From Amphiscolops sp. MND2022 (taxonomy: Eukaryota): DNA of 64,000 nucleotides. The notes under the pieces were generated by a model that was given only the letters and a program-made list of their open reading frames with translations, was not told the origin of the DNA and did not search any database. Below, piece after piece: positions 1-11,649 of this stretch. The position numbers and the translations under genes were made by a program. The DNA lies in contig OZ076409.1 in NCBI GenBank assembly GCA_964187785.1, positions 29,574,001-29,638,000 on the forward strand, given 5' to 3'. The stretch's first letter is position 1, and each line of letters starts with the position of its first letter.

Positions 1-940
1 TCACAAATTACAAAACGCTCTTACTTCTGATACAGAACTTACAATACCCAATAAAAAACATCTTTTATTCATTACTGTTGATGCCTCATTAATTGGACTA
101 GGCGCTGTCCTTTTCCAACTCAATGAGAACAATAAAATGAAAGTTATTTCTGACAACTCCCGAATACTTATTCCGCAAGAACAAAACTCTCTACATTAGA
201 TCGTGAACTTCTTGGTATAGTACATGGTCTTCAAATATATGAATTTACACTTTAAAATTTAAAAATTATTTACACTCTATGTAAAAATTTGTCTGTTGCA
301 GACATGCTCAGTCGTTCTTTTACAAAAACAGAACTCCAACTAAATGAACTCAAACACAAACAACTACCGCCCCAAATAGATTTTGTTATACTAAAAAAAC
401 AGCTTTTAACACCTGTTCATTACTCAATACAACATGAAGAAGTATTACCACATCAAAAGCATGATTCTCACATTAACCTTGCTGATTATGGAACAGATCA
501 ATTCTCTATCCGTATAAATGATAAAGGTAATGACATTATTGTCAAACCTCTAGATTCATTTGCCTTCAAATCTATATTTCCTTTCCAGAAAAAATATAAA
601 ACACCTGCCACAAAACATAACAAATCTTTAGCTCAACAATCTCTACTACTTAATGATACAGATGTTACTAGTGATGATGATGATCATATATACACTCGTA
701 TTCAGAAATCTGTTACATTTTCATCCAATGATCAAACCAATGATACATATCAAACATCCACTCTCACGTTCAAACAGTTCTTCTACACTCACAAAAACAG
801 AACCTTCTTCATTATCAACTTCTGTCATTGATACAACTGAACCTATTAAACTCTCTACACATACTTCTCAAGTCATTCCCTTTTATGACCCTTCCTTCTT
901 TAGATACAAGAACTATTTTCAAAGATTTTCCTTGCCTGAT
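1..940 (+). mobile_element. Inverted pol fragment of Gypsy family A (RNase H-like region and downstream linker), with internal deletion and frameshifts
   Basis: Frame 2 reads TVDASLIGLGAVLFQ...(frameshift)DRELLGIVHGLQIYEF and later LSVADMLSRSF. Bases 1-246 are the reverse complement of 1009-1254. Confidence 0.8.
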
Positions 941-2140
941 GTAAAACAGTGTAACAGAGGTTTATGATCTGTGAATATGTGGACTGGATGTGGAGATCCA
1001 ACGATAAGAAATTCATATATTTGAAGAGCATGTACTATACCAAGAAGTTCACGATCTAATGTAGAGAGTTTTGTTCTTGTGGATCAAGTATTCGGGAGTT
1101 GTAAGAAATAACTTTCATTTTATTGTTCTCATTGAGTTGGAAAAGGACAGCGCCTAGTCCAATTAATGAGGCATCAACAGTAATGAATAAAAGATGTTTT
1201 TTATTGGGTATTGTAAGTTCTGTATCAGAAGTAAGAGCGTTTTGTAATTTGTGAAATAAAGCCTAATGTTCAGTAGTCTATGACCACGGAATATTCTCAT
1301 GAAATAAATCATGAAAATGTTTAAGATTAATGTGAAGTTTTTCGATATATTTTGTATAAAAATTAAGTGCACCGATAAAACTCATAAGGGCAACTTTACT
1401 AGTAGGGGAGGGAATTTGACGAATTGCATCAACTTTAGAGTCTACAGGTTTAGTTGTGTTATAACCAATTTCATTTCCGGGAAATTTAATTTTAAGTAAC
1501 ATAAAGAATGATTTTTCAGGAGCTAGTTTCAAATTATGTTTTGTACTGATAGTATGAAGTTGTTCAATGAAATGGAACATATGTTCTTTAGAGTTAGAAA
1601 GTAATAGAATATTGTCAATATAAACGGGAGCGAAGCCTTGTTCTTTAAGTGTTTTAAAGAAAGAAGACATTTGTTTTGTAAAGAAGTTTGGAATCCTTTA
1701 AGTCCTTAAAAACATCTAATGAATGCGAGCAGTTTATCACCTGAGGAAAAACTAGTAAGATTTTTGGTTTCTTCATTAAGAGGGGTGTGAGCATTTGCGT
1801 ACAATGTGTCTATATCACACTTGTATTTTTTATTTGCACGAGCTAAGTGTGGAACATGTGGTTCTATTGGCCAAGATTCATCGGATTGTTTTGTATTACA
1901 ATTCAAATGTCTGGTCTAATACACAATTAATAGAGTCTCCTTTGGGTATAAAATTGAGAGGATTGAGATAAGTTGTAATGTTTTTCTCTGTAATGAATAG
2001 GGACTTTAGAAGGACGTCGCGTAAGAAGTTGAGTTTTTGGTTTTAAACGTATTCTGAAAGGAGTTTCAATTTTTCCAACATCGTTTTTATGTGTAGCATA
2101 ACAATTCTTGTGCTTTACCAATAAGTTACACAATGTTATT
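941..2140 (-). pseudogene. Reverse transcriptase and RNase H of family A (disrupted)
   Basis: ORFs 1927-2133 (KNDVGKIETPFRIRLKP), 1706-1906 (ESWPIEP...LARANKKY), 1278-1670 (APVYIDNILLLS...FIGALNFY); RNase H FTDHKPL near 960. Confidence 0.85.
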
Positions 2141-2753
2141 ATTCGGTATCGGTAAGATCAGAAAATTGGAAGTTAAATATATTTATGAAATTTAGATTGT
2201 CTTTTGAATATGGTAGTGTAGGAAAAGTGCGAGACTTTCGTGTGTCAGAAGTAGGTTGAACGTTGTATATTTTGGATGAGGTGTATCATGTAATGTAGGA
2301 CATGTCATGTCTATTTGATGTAGAGAAAAATTATTTGGTAAAGAAGGCATATCTTGTGTAGGTGTATTGTAGCTAGATAACGGAATTGGTTCAGTTATAT
2401 CTGGATGATAAGTATGCGCTACCTTGTGTACAAGAGTGTTTAGATCATTAACTTGATAGTATTTAGCTTGTTCATTTGTGATAGGTACTTCATTATAACC
2501 AATATGTCCTTTAGGAGTGTTGCAATATGGTTTGTAGAGTTTTGAATAATTCTAGAACAAATATCAGGTTTGCCATCAGTGAAAACATCATTGAAATTGA
2601 AAGTTGTACGAAATTTAGATGAGAGAAGTAAGTATGTGGTATTGTAGGAAAGATTTTGTTTTTGGGGGTTGTAGCAAAGTATTGTAGTAGTTCTTTATGG
2701 GAAAATGAGCAATTTTTATGGAGATTGGGTTTAAACGTATTTGTGTTTTAGAT

Positions 2754-2953
2754 NNNNNNNNNNNNNNNNNNNNNNNNNNNNNNNNNNNNNNNNNNNNNNN
2801 NNNNNNNNNNNNNNNNNNNNNNNNNNNNNNNNNNNNNNNNNNNNNNNNNNNNNNNNNNNNNNNNNNNNNNNNNNNNNNNNNNNNNNNNNNNNNNNNNNNN
2901 NNNNNNNNNNNNNNNNNNNNNNNNNNNNNNNNNNNNNNNNNNNNNNNNNNNNN
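2754..2953. other. Assembly (scaffold) gap of 200 N
   Basis: Run of N. Confidence 1.
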
Positions 2954-2973
2954 GTAGGGAAATATATATACTA

Positions 2974-3400
2974 CTATATATATATATATCTGTATATAAA
3001 CGAGAAATATGGATAATCTTTTGAAAGTAGAGAAATAAGTATAATGGTATTCGATTGATCTTTGGATTGGCATTCGAATTGTAATGTAGAGTCTTGAATA
3101 TTTATCTTCTGTATATATTCTTCAAAGAATGGAGTTCCAAGAATATTATATTCAATATGTGCAACAGCAAATGGGATGATAAACTGTCTGGAGGTTTGTT
3201 CGATAGTCGTATTTAAGGTAGTAGTTATATAATGTAGAATAGGAACTTCAGTTTGGTTTGCAACAGTCAATGTTTTTGATGTATGATTTGTTTTGTTATT
3301 ACATGTGGTTTTGAGAAGTTTTGCGATTGTAAGTTGAGTGGGTTAGTTGAGTACTGAAATGGAAGCACCACTATCTAATAAAAATGTAAAAATGAGGTTT
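2974..3400 (-). pseudogene. Retroviral-type aspartic protease of family A
   Basis: FLLDSGASISVLN at about 3345-3384, followed by TVANQTEVPI...YNILGTPFF (ORF 2974-3270). Confidence 0.8.
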
Positions 3401-3419
3401 CTAATCTTGAAGGGTGATC

Positions 3420-4800
3420 ATTATCATTGTATCTTTCAGGAGTATGTATATATAGAGAATAAAAACTTGTAGGTGTTAAAGCGTTAGCCATTTCTGTAGG
3501 ATGGTACATATGGAATTCAAAAGTAATAGGCGAATTTGTTTGTTCTGTTTGAATGGTATTGGCTTTATTGTTTGTTTCAGAACTTGATCTAGATCTGAAA
3601 GGCCTAGACTCTCCTGCTTGTGAAGGAGGTCTTTATGACGAAGTATATTGTGGAAATTGTCTATCTCTAGTGTATGAACGTGATCTATATCTAGGACGTG
3701 AATCTCTTCTAAATGGCGATCTATATGAAGATCTGTATGGTGAACGATGTGAATGTGAATCTCGTCTGTAGTTGTCATATCTTGATCTCCTAAATTGTGG
3801 AGGAGTAGTAGTTCTGTCATATCTGTTTCGGTCTCTGGAGTGAGAACGATATCAATTTTGTGATGGAGTTTTGCGATTTGTATTACTATGACGTGTTTTA
3901 CTTCTACTACGGTTTCTATCATAGGGTCCTGTAGGTTTGTTGATTGTTCTGTAAGAGTTATTCTCACGAGAGGAAGAACAAAAGTATTGTACAAATGATT
4001 TTTGAGGGGATTTAGATCTAGCGTAGGCGTCTCTTTTATCTTCATCATCTCGTTGTTTCTTGAACCAAGCAGAGATGGAATGATTTGTTCTATGGCAAAA
4101 TGAACAAAATTTTTTATTTGCAGGGTTGTGTTTGTTATGATTCAACGTTTCGTGAATGTAGTTGATTTGTCATAGAGTTGACTTCGAGAGTAACATCATG
4201 AGTGCGTATTTTATCATTGGTTTTGTCTTCAGCGTCGACTAGTTTTACAAGTGTTTGAAATGGTATTGAAGGTTCTTAAACAGTTGAAGTATGTTTCACT
4301 TGTCTTTTATTCGCAAAGTCTATAAGGTTTTTGAGAAGACCTTTTGTAAAATTTTCATTACATTTCAAGTTGATGGTAGAAGCATTTTCATTACACAAGT
4401 CTTTTTCAACTAGTTGTTGAACTTTAGGAGCAAAGTGGCGTACCGTTTCATTATCTTTTTTGACAAGATTTAAGGCTTCAACTTGTGCATAATAAGCGTT
4501 CTTTTGAGAAGAAAATTGATTCTTAAAAACTTGTACAAAAGCAGACCAGTCTTGTTTGTATGTGTCATTCAAGCGAATGTACCAGCTAAGGGCTGTACCA
4601 GTAAGAGAGCATTGTATAAAAGCCATTCGTAGAGCGTGCCAAAATTTATATTCATGAGAAGTTGTAGGTTGTAGACCTAAAGAAAATGTAAAACGAGCTC
4701 CAATGTGTTGTAAATATTCTTCAGGTGTATATTTATGATCAAGACCATCAAATGGTTTGATTGGTTCTGAAATGGAAGAAGAAGAGTTCATATATGTAGG
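3420..4800 (-). pseudogene. gag of family A
   Basis: ORF 4276-4791 has a retrotransposon-gag-like core (LTGTALSWY...WSAFVQVFKNQF). CSFCHRTNHSISAW is a CX2CX4HX4C knuckle with the last C changed to W. An RS-rich tail follows. Confidence 0.8.
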
Positions 4801-5549
4801 ATTTTAATTGGTTGTGGATGGTTGAGTTTGAAGATGTGTTATATGATAATTTGAATGTGAGGTATTTGTTTGTAAATAGTTGAAATTTGTTGGAATTTGT
4901 GACATAGGTGTGAAATGTGGATTGGTTCTAATAGAGGAGGTTGATGGTACTGGAATATTTTGATGTGGTATGGAGTTACTTGAAGTAGCCGTTTGAGTGT
5001 TATGTTCCAGAGAATATATAGAGTGTTGTGTATCATGTGTATTTGTACTTGATTCTTTATATTGTAATAGGTTGGTAGGAATTGTTTGTAATGGAGGTCT
5101 AGAGAGCGTTCTAGAGTTAACAATATTAGGAGGAAGATTTTTATGTATCATGTTAATGCTAAAGGTGGTTGGTATATTTATATCAGAAGTATTTTGTGCT
5201 TGAGTATATGGATGTGTTGTAACAGACGTTTTTTCAGGAGTTGAAGGAGATTGAAATGTAAATCGTGTCTAAATCGTTTCTAAATTTTGGTGGTTGTGGT
5301 ATGTTGGTATTAGTAGTAGATAAGGTTGAAGAACATTGAACTAAATATTGTGGATCTTGTTCTGTATTACGTCTTATATCTTGTTCTTCAACATGTCTTA
5401 CAGGTACTAAGAATGCAGTTGAATCAACTGTGAGATATGTACTTCGAATGTGAAGTGTAGGATTTGGATCTTGAAGTTCATCTTGGTTATTGTTATTATT
5501 ATGATTGTCATCGAGGTGAAGTGATAAGTTTTCAATTTGTACATTAGGT

Positions 5550-6951
5550 GGTTGTTGTATTATCGGTTGTGTTGTTTGTGGACTTTGTTGTGAGTATTGA
5601 GCTGGTGATTCAGATGTATCGGAAAGAAGTTCAATTGGATCATGAGTTTGAGTGTTAGTGTTATAAGGTGTTGTATGGATTCACTTGTAGATGTAGTAAT
5701 ATATGGTGGGTTATCAGACGTTTCGGAAAATTCTACAATGAAGTCATTGTCGAAAGCAATAGTATCAAAGTATGGTATATGAAGTTTCAGAGGATTTATA
5801 CTTTGTGGATGTTTGAAATCATCTCTCATAATGAAAGGTAATAAATTTACTTTATCAAAGGTCTGTGGATAATTAGTATATGCAGATTGATCTTGTTGTA
5901 CCCATATTAGTTGATAATTGAATCGGAAGAACTTTAGAAGAAGTTTTGCAAAGACTTGGATTTGTGGTATAGTGTCATCATTAATTGTAAGATTTTGGAA
6001 GAAGTTGGTCTGAAAATGGGTAATTTGTAATATATCTTGTTGTATCCAGTAGTGAGGATTATTTTAGCTAGTTATCTTGGAGTCAATATCTGGGACTTCA
6101 AAATATTGATGTTTTTGTTGAAGTTTTTCTAAAAAGGCAGTACGATATAGTGGTGTATCTAAAATTTCATTGAAGTCAATTAATTTGTTCATATAGTTAT
6201 TGAAAACGTCTTGTATTGTTAGTTGTATGTTCTGTAGGTATATTGTTCTATAGTATGTTCCTGTGTTAATATTTTCAACAGAGTTAAAATAGACTTGAAA
6301 TTGCGCTTGTGATGGAGTTATTCCACAAGTTCGATATCTGATGTAATAAAGATAAGAATCTAGATGTTCTCTAGGAAGAAGTAGTATAGTATGTATAGAA
6401 TGAGGTTCAGTTTCAAAAGGTTATGTATTTGTATATTGAAAGATGAGATTGTGTAGAAAATGGTTATTGTCTTGAGTGATTGAACGTACATCACGAATTG
6501 GTGCAGTACTACATTGAAAGGGAGTAGGAAGCATGTTGGATATTGTAATTTTGTTATATTGAAAGTTCTATAAAATCATGTATTTAGGTGGTAAAATGTT
6601 TTTCCAATATAGAGGCAATTGTGTATTCTGTACTGAAATGTGTATGATATGGAAAAAATTGATCAACTACAAGGACTTGAAAGAAGATAGTTAAACTGAT
6701 AGTGAGAAGAAGTATGTATATATTTGTTATCTATGTGTTATAGAAACGAGATGTATGATATATGCCAACGAGTCCAAGAAGAAGTAATAAAATGTTAAAA
6801 ATCATAAGAGTTCATAGAGTTTAAAACTTTAGAATGAAAAGTATGAGAAATTGATCAAATCTTACGGCAATTATGGCAATGAAAGCAAGGAAAAACCGAA
6901 TGAATAAAATGACACCAACAAAATCGTCAACAGTAAACATTTGAATGTCAT
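5550..6951 (-). pseudogene. ORF0: extra ORF upstream of gag, hydrophobic N-terminus, function unknown (family A)
   Basis: Disrupted frame with motifs REHLDSYLYYI, NNPHYW, NFFQNLT, FNYQLIW and LLPFI, all matched in family B at 29230-30040. Confidence 0.7.
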
Positions 6952-7209
6952 GGTGTATTATATGCTGTAATTTAAATGGTGTTCTATATGTGATTTGTAT
7001 CAGTGTCTATCCCTGGGACTGTTATGAAATTGTTGTGTATGTGATATATTAGGAGGTTCTGTAGTGTTCTAGAAAAGGTAAAAAGATGTGTCAAAAGATT
7101 GATAGAAAAGAAGTTAGGGTGTAAAATGTGTGCCAACTCAAGGAGTTGATCCAGACGGCTAGAACCGAGTCTACTAGCAGGAATTGTCGGATAGCACTTT
7201 AAAGAAAAA

Positions 7210-7473
7210 CCAACACGTATCGCACGTCTGCGGTTGGAATGAAGAAAAGACCAACACGAATCACCTTTGGCGGTGGTTGAAACGGAGAAATATTTTTACT
7301 AACATTTTACTAACACGGATCACTATAGGAGTGGTTGGAACGAAATATATTTGACCAACACGTATCACATCTTGTGTGGTTGGAGCGGAGTAGAAGTTAA
7401 CTGACAGGAATTACAGTGTGTACGTAGTCAGAACCATACCAACACGAATCAATTTTCTGAGAAAATTGGTTGG
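7210..7473. repeat. Array of five bulged hairpins in the family A 5' leader
   Basis: Consensus CCAAC-ACGNAT-[variable stem-loop]-GTTGG at about 7210, 7250, 7310, 7355 and 7439; inner stems differ in sequence but stay paired. Confidence 0.85.
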
Positions 7474-7611
7474 AACGAAAGATTAAAAGGTGTAGATTTT
7501 TCCGCGAGGAGGAGATACAGTGTGTCTGACAAAAAGTTGTCGAATTAGGAAGTTGAAAAAATGTGTACAATAAGAGGCGAGGCGTGCGTGAAAAGAAAGG
7601 CAAGTTTTCTT

Positions 7612-7621
7612 GATCACACCA
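7612..7621 (-). promoter_or_regulatory. Primer-binding site of family A (TGGTGTGATC)
   Basis: TGG starts 2 nt after the LTR-terminal CA. Identical at 40135-40144 and homologous to the family B PBS TGGTGCGACC. Cognate tRNA not assigned. Confidence 0.7.
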
Positions 7622-7623
7622 AT

Positions 7624-8732
7624 TGTACTGCTTAGATTAATGGTGTTATCTGTAGAAGTATGTTTAGATGTTTCCATAAGTTACATTCATTCAAAGCAGA
7701 TGCCGCTATTGATACTATTAGAGATCTCTTTTGATGCTTAGCTAAGTCTTTAGGGTATACCTTTTTAATTCTTTCACTAATTATGAACTGAGGGTAAACC
7801 TATCTATTGAGAGATATAAGTAAACCCTGAGTAGATATTTATCATGACATACATCAATAATGTAACTGTCATCAATAACTATCTAGATGAAGTAGCATCG
7901 CTAAATCAAATATTTGCCATTTCAAATTACTGAGAGTCTTTATTAAATAGATTAGTGTGTAATAATAACTGGATGGTAAGAACGTTCGCTAACTAGATCA
8001 AGTGAACTTCAAGATGTCATATGTCAATTTGTCAAGGAGTAAAAGTTCTAGACAGTTCCACAAGAAATTTTTGAGGTCATGTATCATAGTATCACAATGC
8101 TTGGTACAGGGTTGTAACAGAAAGATACAAGAGTTAAGATTAGACATCTTGAAGTATGCTGCGAGGAATGGTATGCTGGATTTCTTAAACTAATGAATTA
8201 CTAAAAAAGGGAAGGGTTTTGTGGTATCCATGAGATGGGCCCTGAGAGTGATGAAGAAAAACGCAACTTCGATAAAAATGCTGACTCGCATATATTTGGA
8301 AACGATGACTCTTGTTGACTCTTCTTTCTGATCATCATCAGACCTCCGGCTCTCAGGATTAAAAACTTTGGTCAATTGCGATCGAAGGTCTCCCCTTGAA
8401 TAGCTTCGGCGCTTTTGTTAGTTGTTTTCGTTAATATATAATATCGCTGTATAGGATGTAAAGGACTCCTGACAAAATGATTTTTTTTTCGTTTTTATTC
8501 ACTTTTGTATGACCAGCAAAAGCTTACAAACCTTACGTTCCATGATTTGCATGCTTTGGGTAGTTTATTTAGCAGCATTCTTTTCAAAATTCGGGGATGT
8601 AGGACTTTTGAAAAAAGTTTGAAGATATACCCAAATAAATTTCCATTGAAATTCCATACCGGAAGAAAATGCGAAAATTATGATGAATGAAATGAACTTC
8701 CGTTTGGGTTGAAGATAAGGACGATCCACACA
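7624..8732 (-). repeat. LTR of family A (about 1.11 kb, TGTGTGG...GTACA)
   Basis: TG start and CA end followed by PBS. Related copies at 8746-9653, 37333-37951 and 39023-40132 share the same TG terminus. Confidence 0.8.
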
Positions 8733-8745
8733 TCCATACATAAAA

Positions 8746-9653
8746 TATGTTTAGATGTTTCCATAAGTTACATTCATTCTAAGGAGATGCCGCTATTGAT
8801 ACTATTAGAGATCTCTTTTGATGCTTAGCTAAGTCTTTAGGGTATACCTTTTTGTTTCTTTCACTAATTATGAACTGAGGGAAAACCTATCTATTGAGAG
8901 ATGTAAGTAAACCCTGAGTAGATATTTATCATGACATACATCAATAATGTAATTGTCATCAATAACTATCTAGATGAAGTAGCATCGCTAAATCAAGTAT
9001 TTGCCATTTCAAATTACTGAGAGTCTTTATTAAATAGATTAGTGTGTAATAATAACTGGATGGTAAGAGCGTTCGCTAACTAGATCAAGTGAACTTCAAG
9101 ATGTCATATGTCAGTTTGTCAAGGAGTAGAAGTTCTAGACAGTTCCACAAGAAATTTTTGAGGTCATGTATCATGGTATCACAATGCTTGGTACAGGGTT
9201 GTAACAGAAAGATACAAGAGTTAAGATTAGACATCTTGAAGTAAGCTGCGAGGAATGGTTGGCTGGATTTCTTAAACTAATGAATTACTAAAAAAGGGAA
9301 GTGTTTTGTGGCATCCATGAGATGGGCCCTAAGAGTGATGAAGAAAAACGGAACTTCGATAAAAATGCTGACTCGCATATATTTGGAAACGATGACTCTT
9401 GTTGACTCTTCTTTCTGATCATCATCAGACCTCCGGCTCTCAGGATTAAAAACTTTGGTCAATTGCGATCGAAGGTCTCCCCTTGAATAGCTTCGGCGCT
9501 TTTGTTAGTTGTTTTCGTTAATATATAATATCGCTGTATAGGATGTAAAGGACTCCTGACAAAATGATTTTTTTTTCGTTTTTATTCACTTTTGTATGAC
9601 TAGCAAAAGCTTACAAACCTCCGTTTGGGTTGAAGATAAGGACGACCCACACA
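8746..9653 (-). repeat. Second, tandem LTR-A copy lacking about 36 bp of the 3' end and about 170 bp internally
   Basis: Period 1087 bp (identical ORF at 8190 and 9277). Sequence jumps from gcttacaaacct to ccgtttggg near 9620. Confidence 0.85.
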
Positions 9654-9746
9654 TCCGCAAAGTTTTTGATACTGCAGATCACCGAATGTTATTTGTGAAA
9701 TTGAATAGCGCGTTGTCCGCGAAATTGTTATGGATTTGATAGCAAG
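9654..9746 (+). mobile_element. 93-bp fragment of a non-LTR (LINE) reverse transcriptase
   Basis: Reads RKVFDTADHRMLFVKL (LINE DLxKAFDTVDH motif). Matches the reverse complement of about 38930-39022. Confidence 0.65.
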
Positions 9747-10259
9747 TGTGATGATCGGCATTTTCCTGTCTGTTTTCATTTATTAAGATAGTCTCATCTG
9801 AGGTTTCATTAGCAATTCCAAGGGGAGTGTATGGTTGTCTTAGTTCGCTCATTTCAGATGGGTAAAACCAATCATCCTGATTTTTGTCTCTGTCTATTGT
9901 TGTATTTGATGCATGTCTGTTCCTGAGACTCCTATTTGTCGATTTAGAAGGACCAGGTTGACTTCTCTCAACATCCTCTTCATCAGTTGCTATATTATAG
10001 TTTCTGTTTGTTCTAATATCTTTGAGTATTTCTTCAAACTTGTTATTTAATTGCTCCTCAATCTGTGTCATCTTACTGTTATTTTGCTCCGCCAATCTTT
10101 GTGATATGACTTCTATCTCGTTGCTTATTTGAGAAGGCTCTGTTACCTCACTGCCTAAGTTCCTGTCAAAAACGTTTTTAACATTTTCGGAAACAATAGT
10201 TAAAGTCGCATTACCTCGTGTAAAGCTCGTTTCTGACGTATTCTCATCTCTGTCTGGAT
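9747..10259 (-). mobile_element. 3' part of an LTR from another Gypsy family, containing a gag-like N-terminal ORF
   Basis: ORF (SETSFTRGNATLTIVSE...AEQNNSKMTQIEEQLNNKFEEIL...RQENADHH) ends at CACA exactly where LINE sequence resumes. Same layout as the LTR at 50503. Confidence 0.55.
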
Positions 10260-10526
10260 CAGAGCTGCAGTGTTAGGTCTTAATGGAAGACAACTTGATA
10301 GTGAAAAGTTAATTTCGTTGTGTCAGGATATAAACCAGATTGATGTTTTACAGTATTGAAAATGGTTGTGAATACAAATTAGATATAGGTTGATTACATT
10401 AATATTCAGAGTACAGAAATCTAATCTAGACATCAAGCCAAGAGGGTTGGGGGAGGTGAATGGTCGAATATAGATTACAGGTAAATGATCGAATATAATT
10501 TACAAGTATATCATCACAAGTAAATC
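10260..10526 (-). repeat. Part of the family B 3' LTR
   Basis: Direct repeat of 31383-31635, roughly 85% identical by eye. A possible PPT (AAGGAAAGAA, minus strand) near 10710-10720 suggests the LTR extends further. Confidence 0.7.
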
Positions 10527-11649
10527 ATTCGACCGGGTTTTGAAAAAATTATCATATCAAAGTAGGTTATCATGAGATGCGTAAGAGGTTTGTTCAAACT
10601 AGTTGTGGTGGTTTTATAGTTTCTAAGAGAGCTGATTTTAAGGTGTACATGATTGAGAGAAGTTGTAAGAATAGAAGTATATGTTTAAATTTTTCATCAA
10701 GTAGAATCTCACTATTCTTTCCTTACGTGAGCTTCGGGCGAATTTGCAACTTATATCGTGACTCCAGTTAAAAGGAACGGAGTTAGGTTGTAATGTTCAT
10801 TTTGAGTAGGAGTGAAAGTTAAAAAAGGTGTAAGGATTGGAACATTTATAATTTTTTACATGTTGTTTTGGGATTTTGTTATTTGATTTTCATGGATTTC
10901 CGTTCATTTTTTTTTCGTTTATCTTCCGTGGGGGTTTTAAAGTTTCTGAATGAGGAGGCATTGACTGACAAGTGAAGGCGTGGTGAAAAAAATGAAGAAC
11001 AGCGTTAAAAGAGCAAAAGTCAAAAAGGACGGCCTTGTTGACAAACATGAAGTTCCTTTTAAGACGGAGAATTCTTAACTATCATGTCAACGTAAGCGAA
11101 ATTCCTAAGCGTCTTTTGCGTGAAAACAGAAATAATTAAATTGAGAATCTTCTGCGACAAAAAAGCGGCATGAACAAAGTCAAAAACAAGTTCGAAAACA
11201 AGTCAAGAAGTAGTTATTATGTGTTCATAATTTGATCACATGAAGCGGGTAAAAGAGTGAAAAGGAACTTAGTCAATCAGGAGTTGCCATTAAAAACATC
11301 ATTCGATTCAAAATCAAACAAAGAGGTCAGTGACTTTTAAGGTGTGAACGAGGAGAATGAGAGGAAAGTTAAAAAGAGGGCTAGAACAGGAGTTATTGAA
11401 GTGTAATGTTAAGTTTTTTTAGAGAACGCGGTAAAATTTGGAGTTGCGGTTTGAAAAAAATGTTGTAAAAAGGAGTTAAATGTTTAAAAAATAGTAAAAG
11501 CATCACATGTACAGTTGGAGGAGATTGCAATGATCATGCTAAGAGAGAAAGTTATAATCGACACTCTGTAGAATCCAAATTAGAGAGGCATAAAAACGAA
11601 GTTTAGAAAGACAGAAACAAATGTTTTACTAATTATGTAAATAAACGTT

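Larger units (their letters stand above)
941..9653 (-). mobile_element. Ty3/Gypsy LTR retrotransposon family A, copy 1: 5' LTRs, PBS, leader, ORF0, gag, protease, RT, partial RNase H; 3' end broken by an inversion
   Basis: Ordered minus-strand domains: TG..CA LTR, TGG PBS, gag with zinc knuckle, DSGAS protease, RT (VYIDNILL), RNase H (HIFTDHKPL). Many stops and frameshifts. Confidence 0.85.

Noticed and set aside
2615-3073. ORFs spanning the N run
   Set aside because: Artefacts of translating the gap.
7210-7473. CRISPR-like repeat-spacer array
   Set aside because: The variable parts are short self-complementary stems of unequal length, the context is eukaryotic and there are no cas genes.
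7624-9653. ORFs in the 1.1-kb repeat (MNFKMSYV..., MTKVFNPE..., MDRPYLEP...) as genes
   Set aside because: The repeat is bounded by TG and CA plus a PBS, so it is an LTR; the ORFs are short and are broken in some copies.
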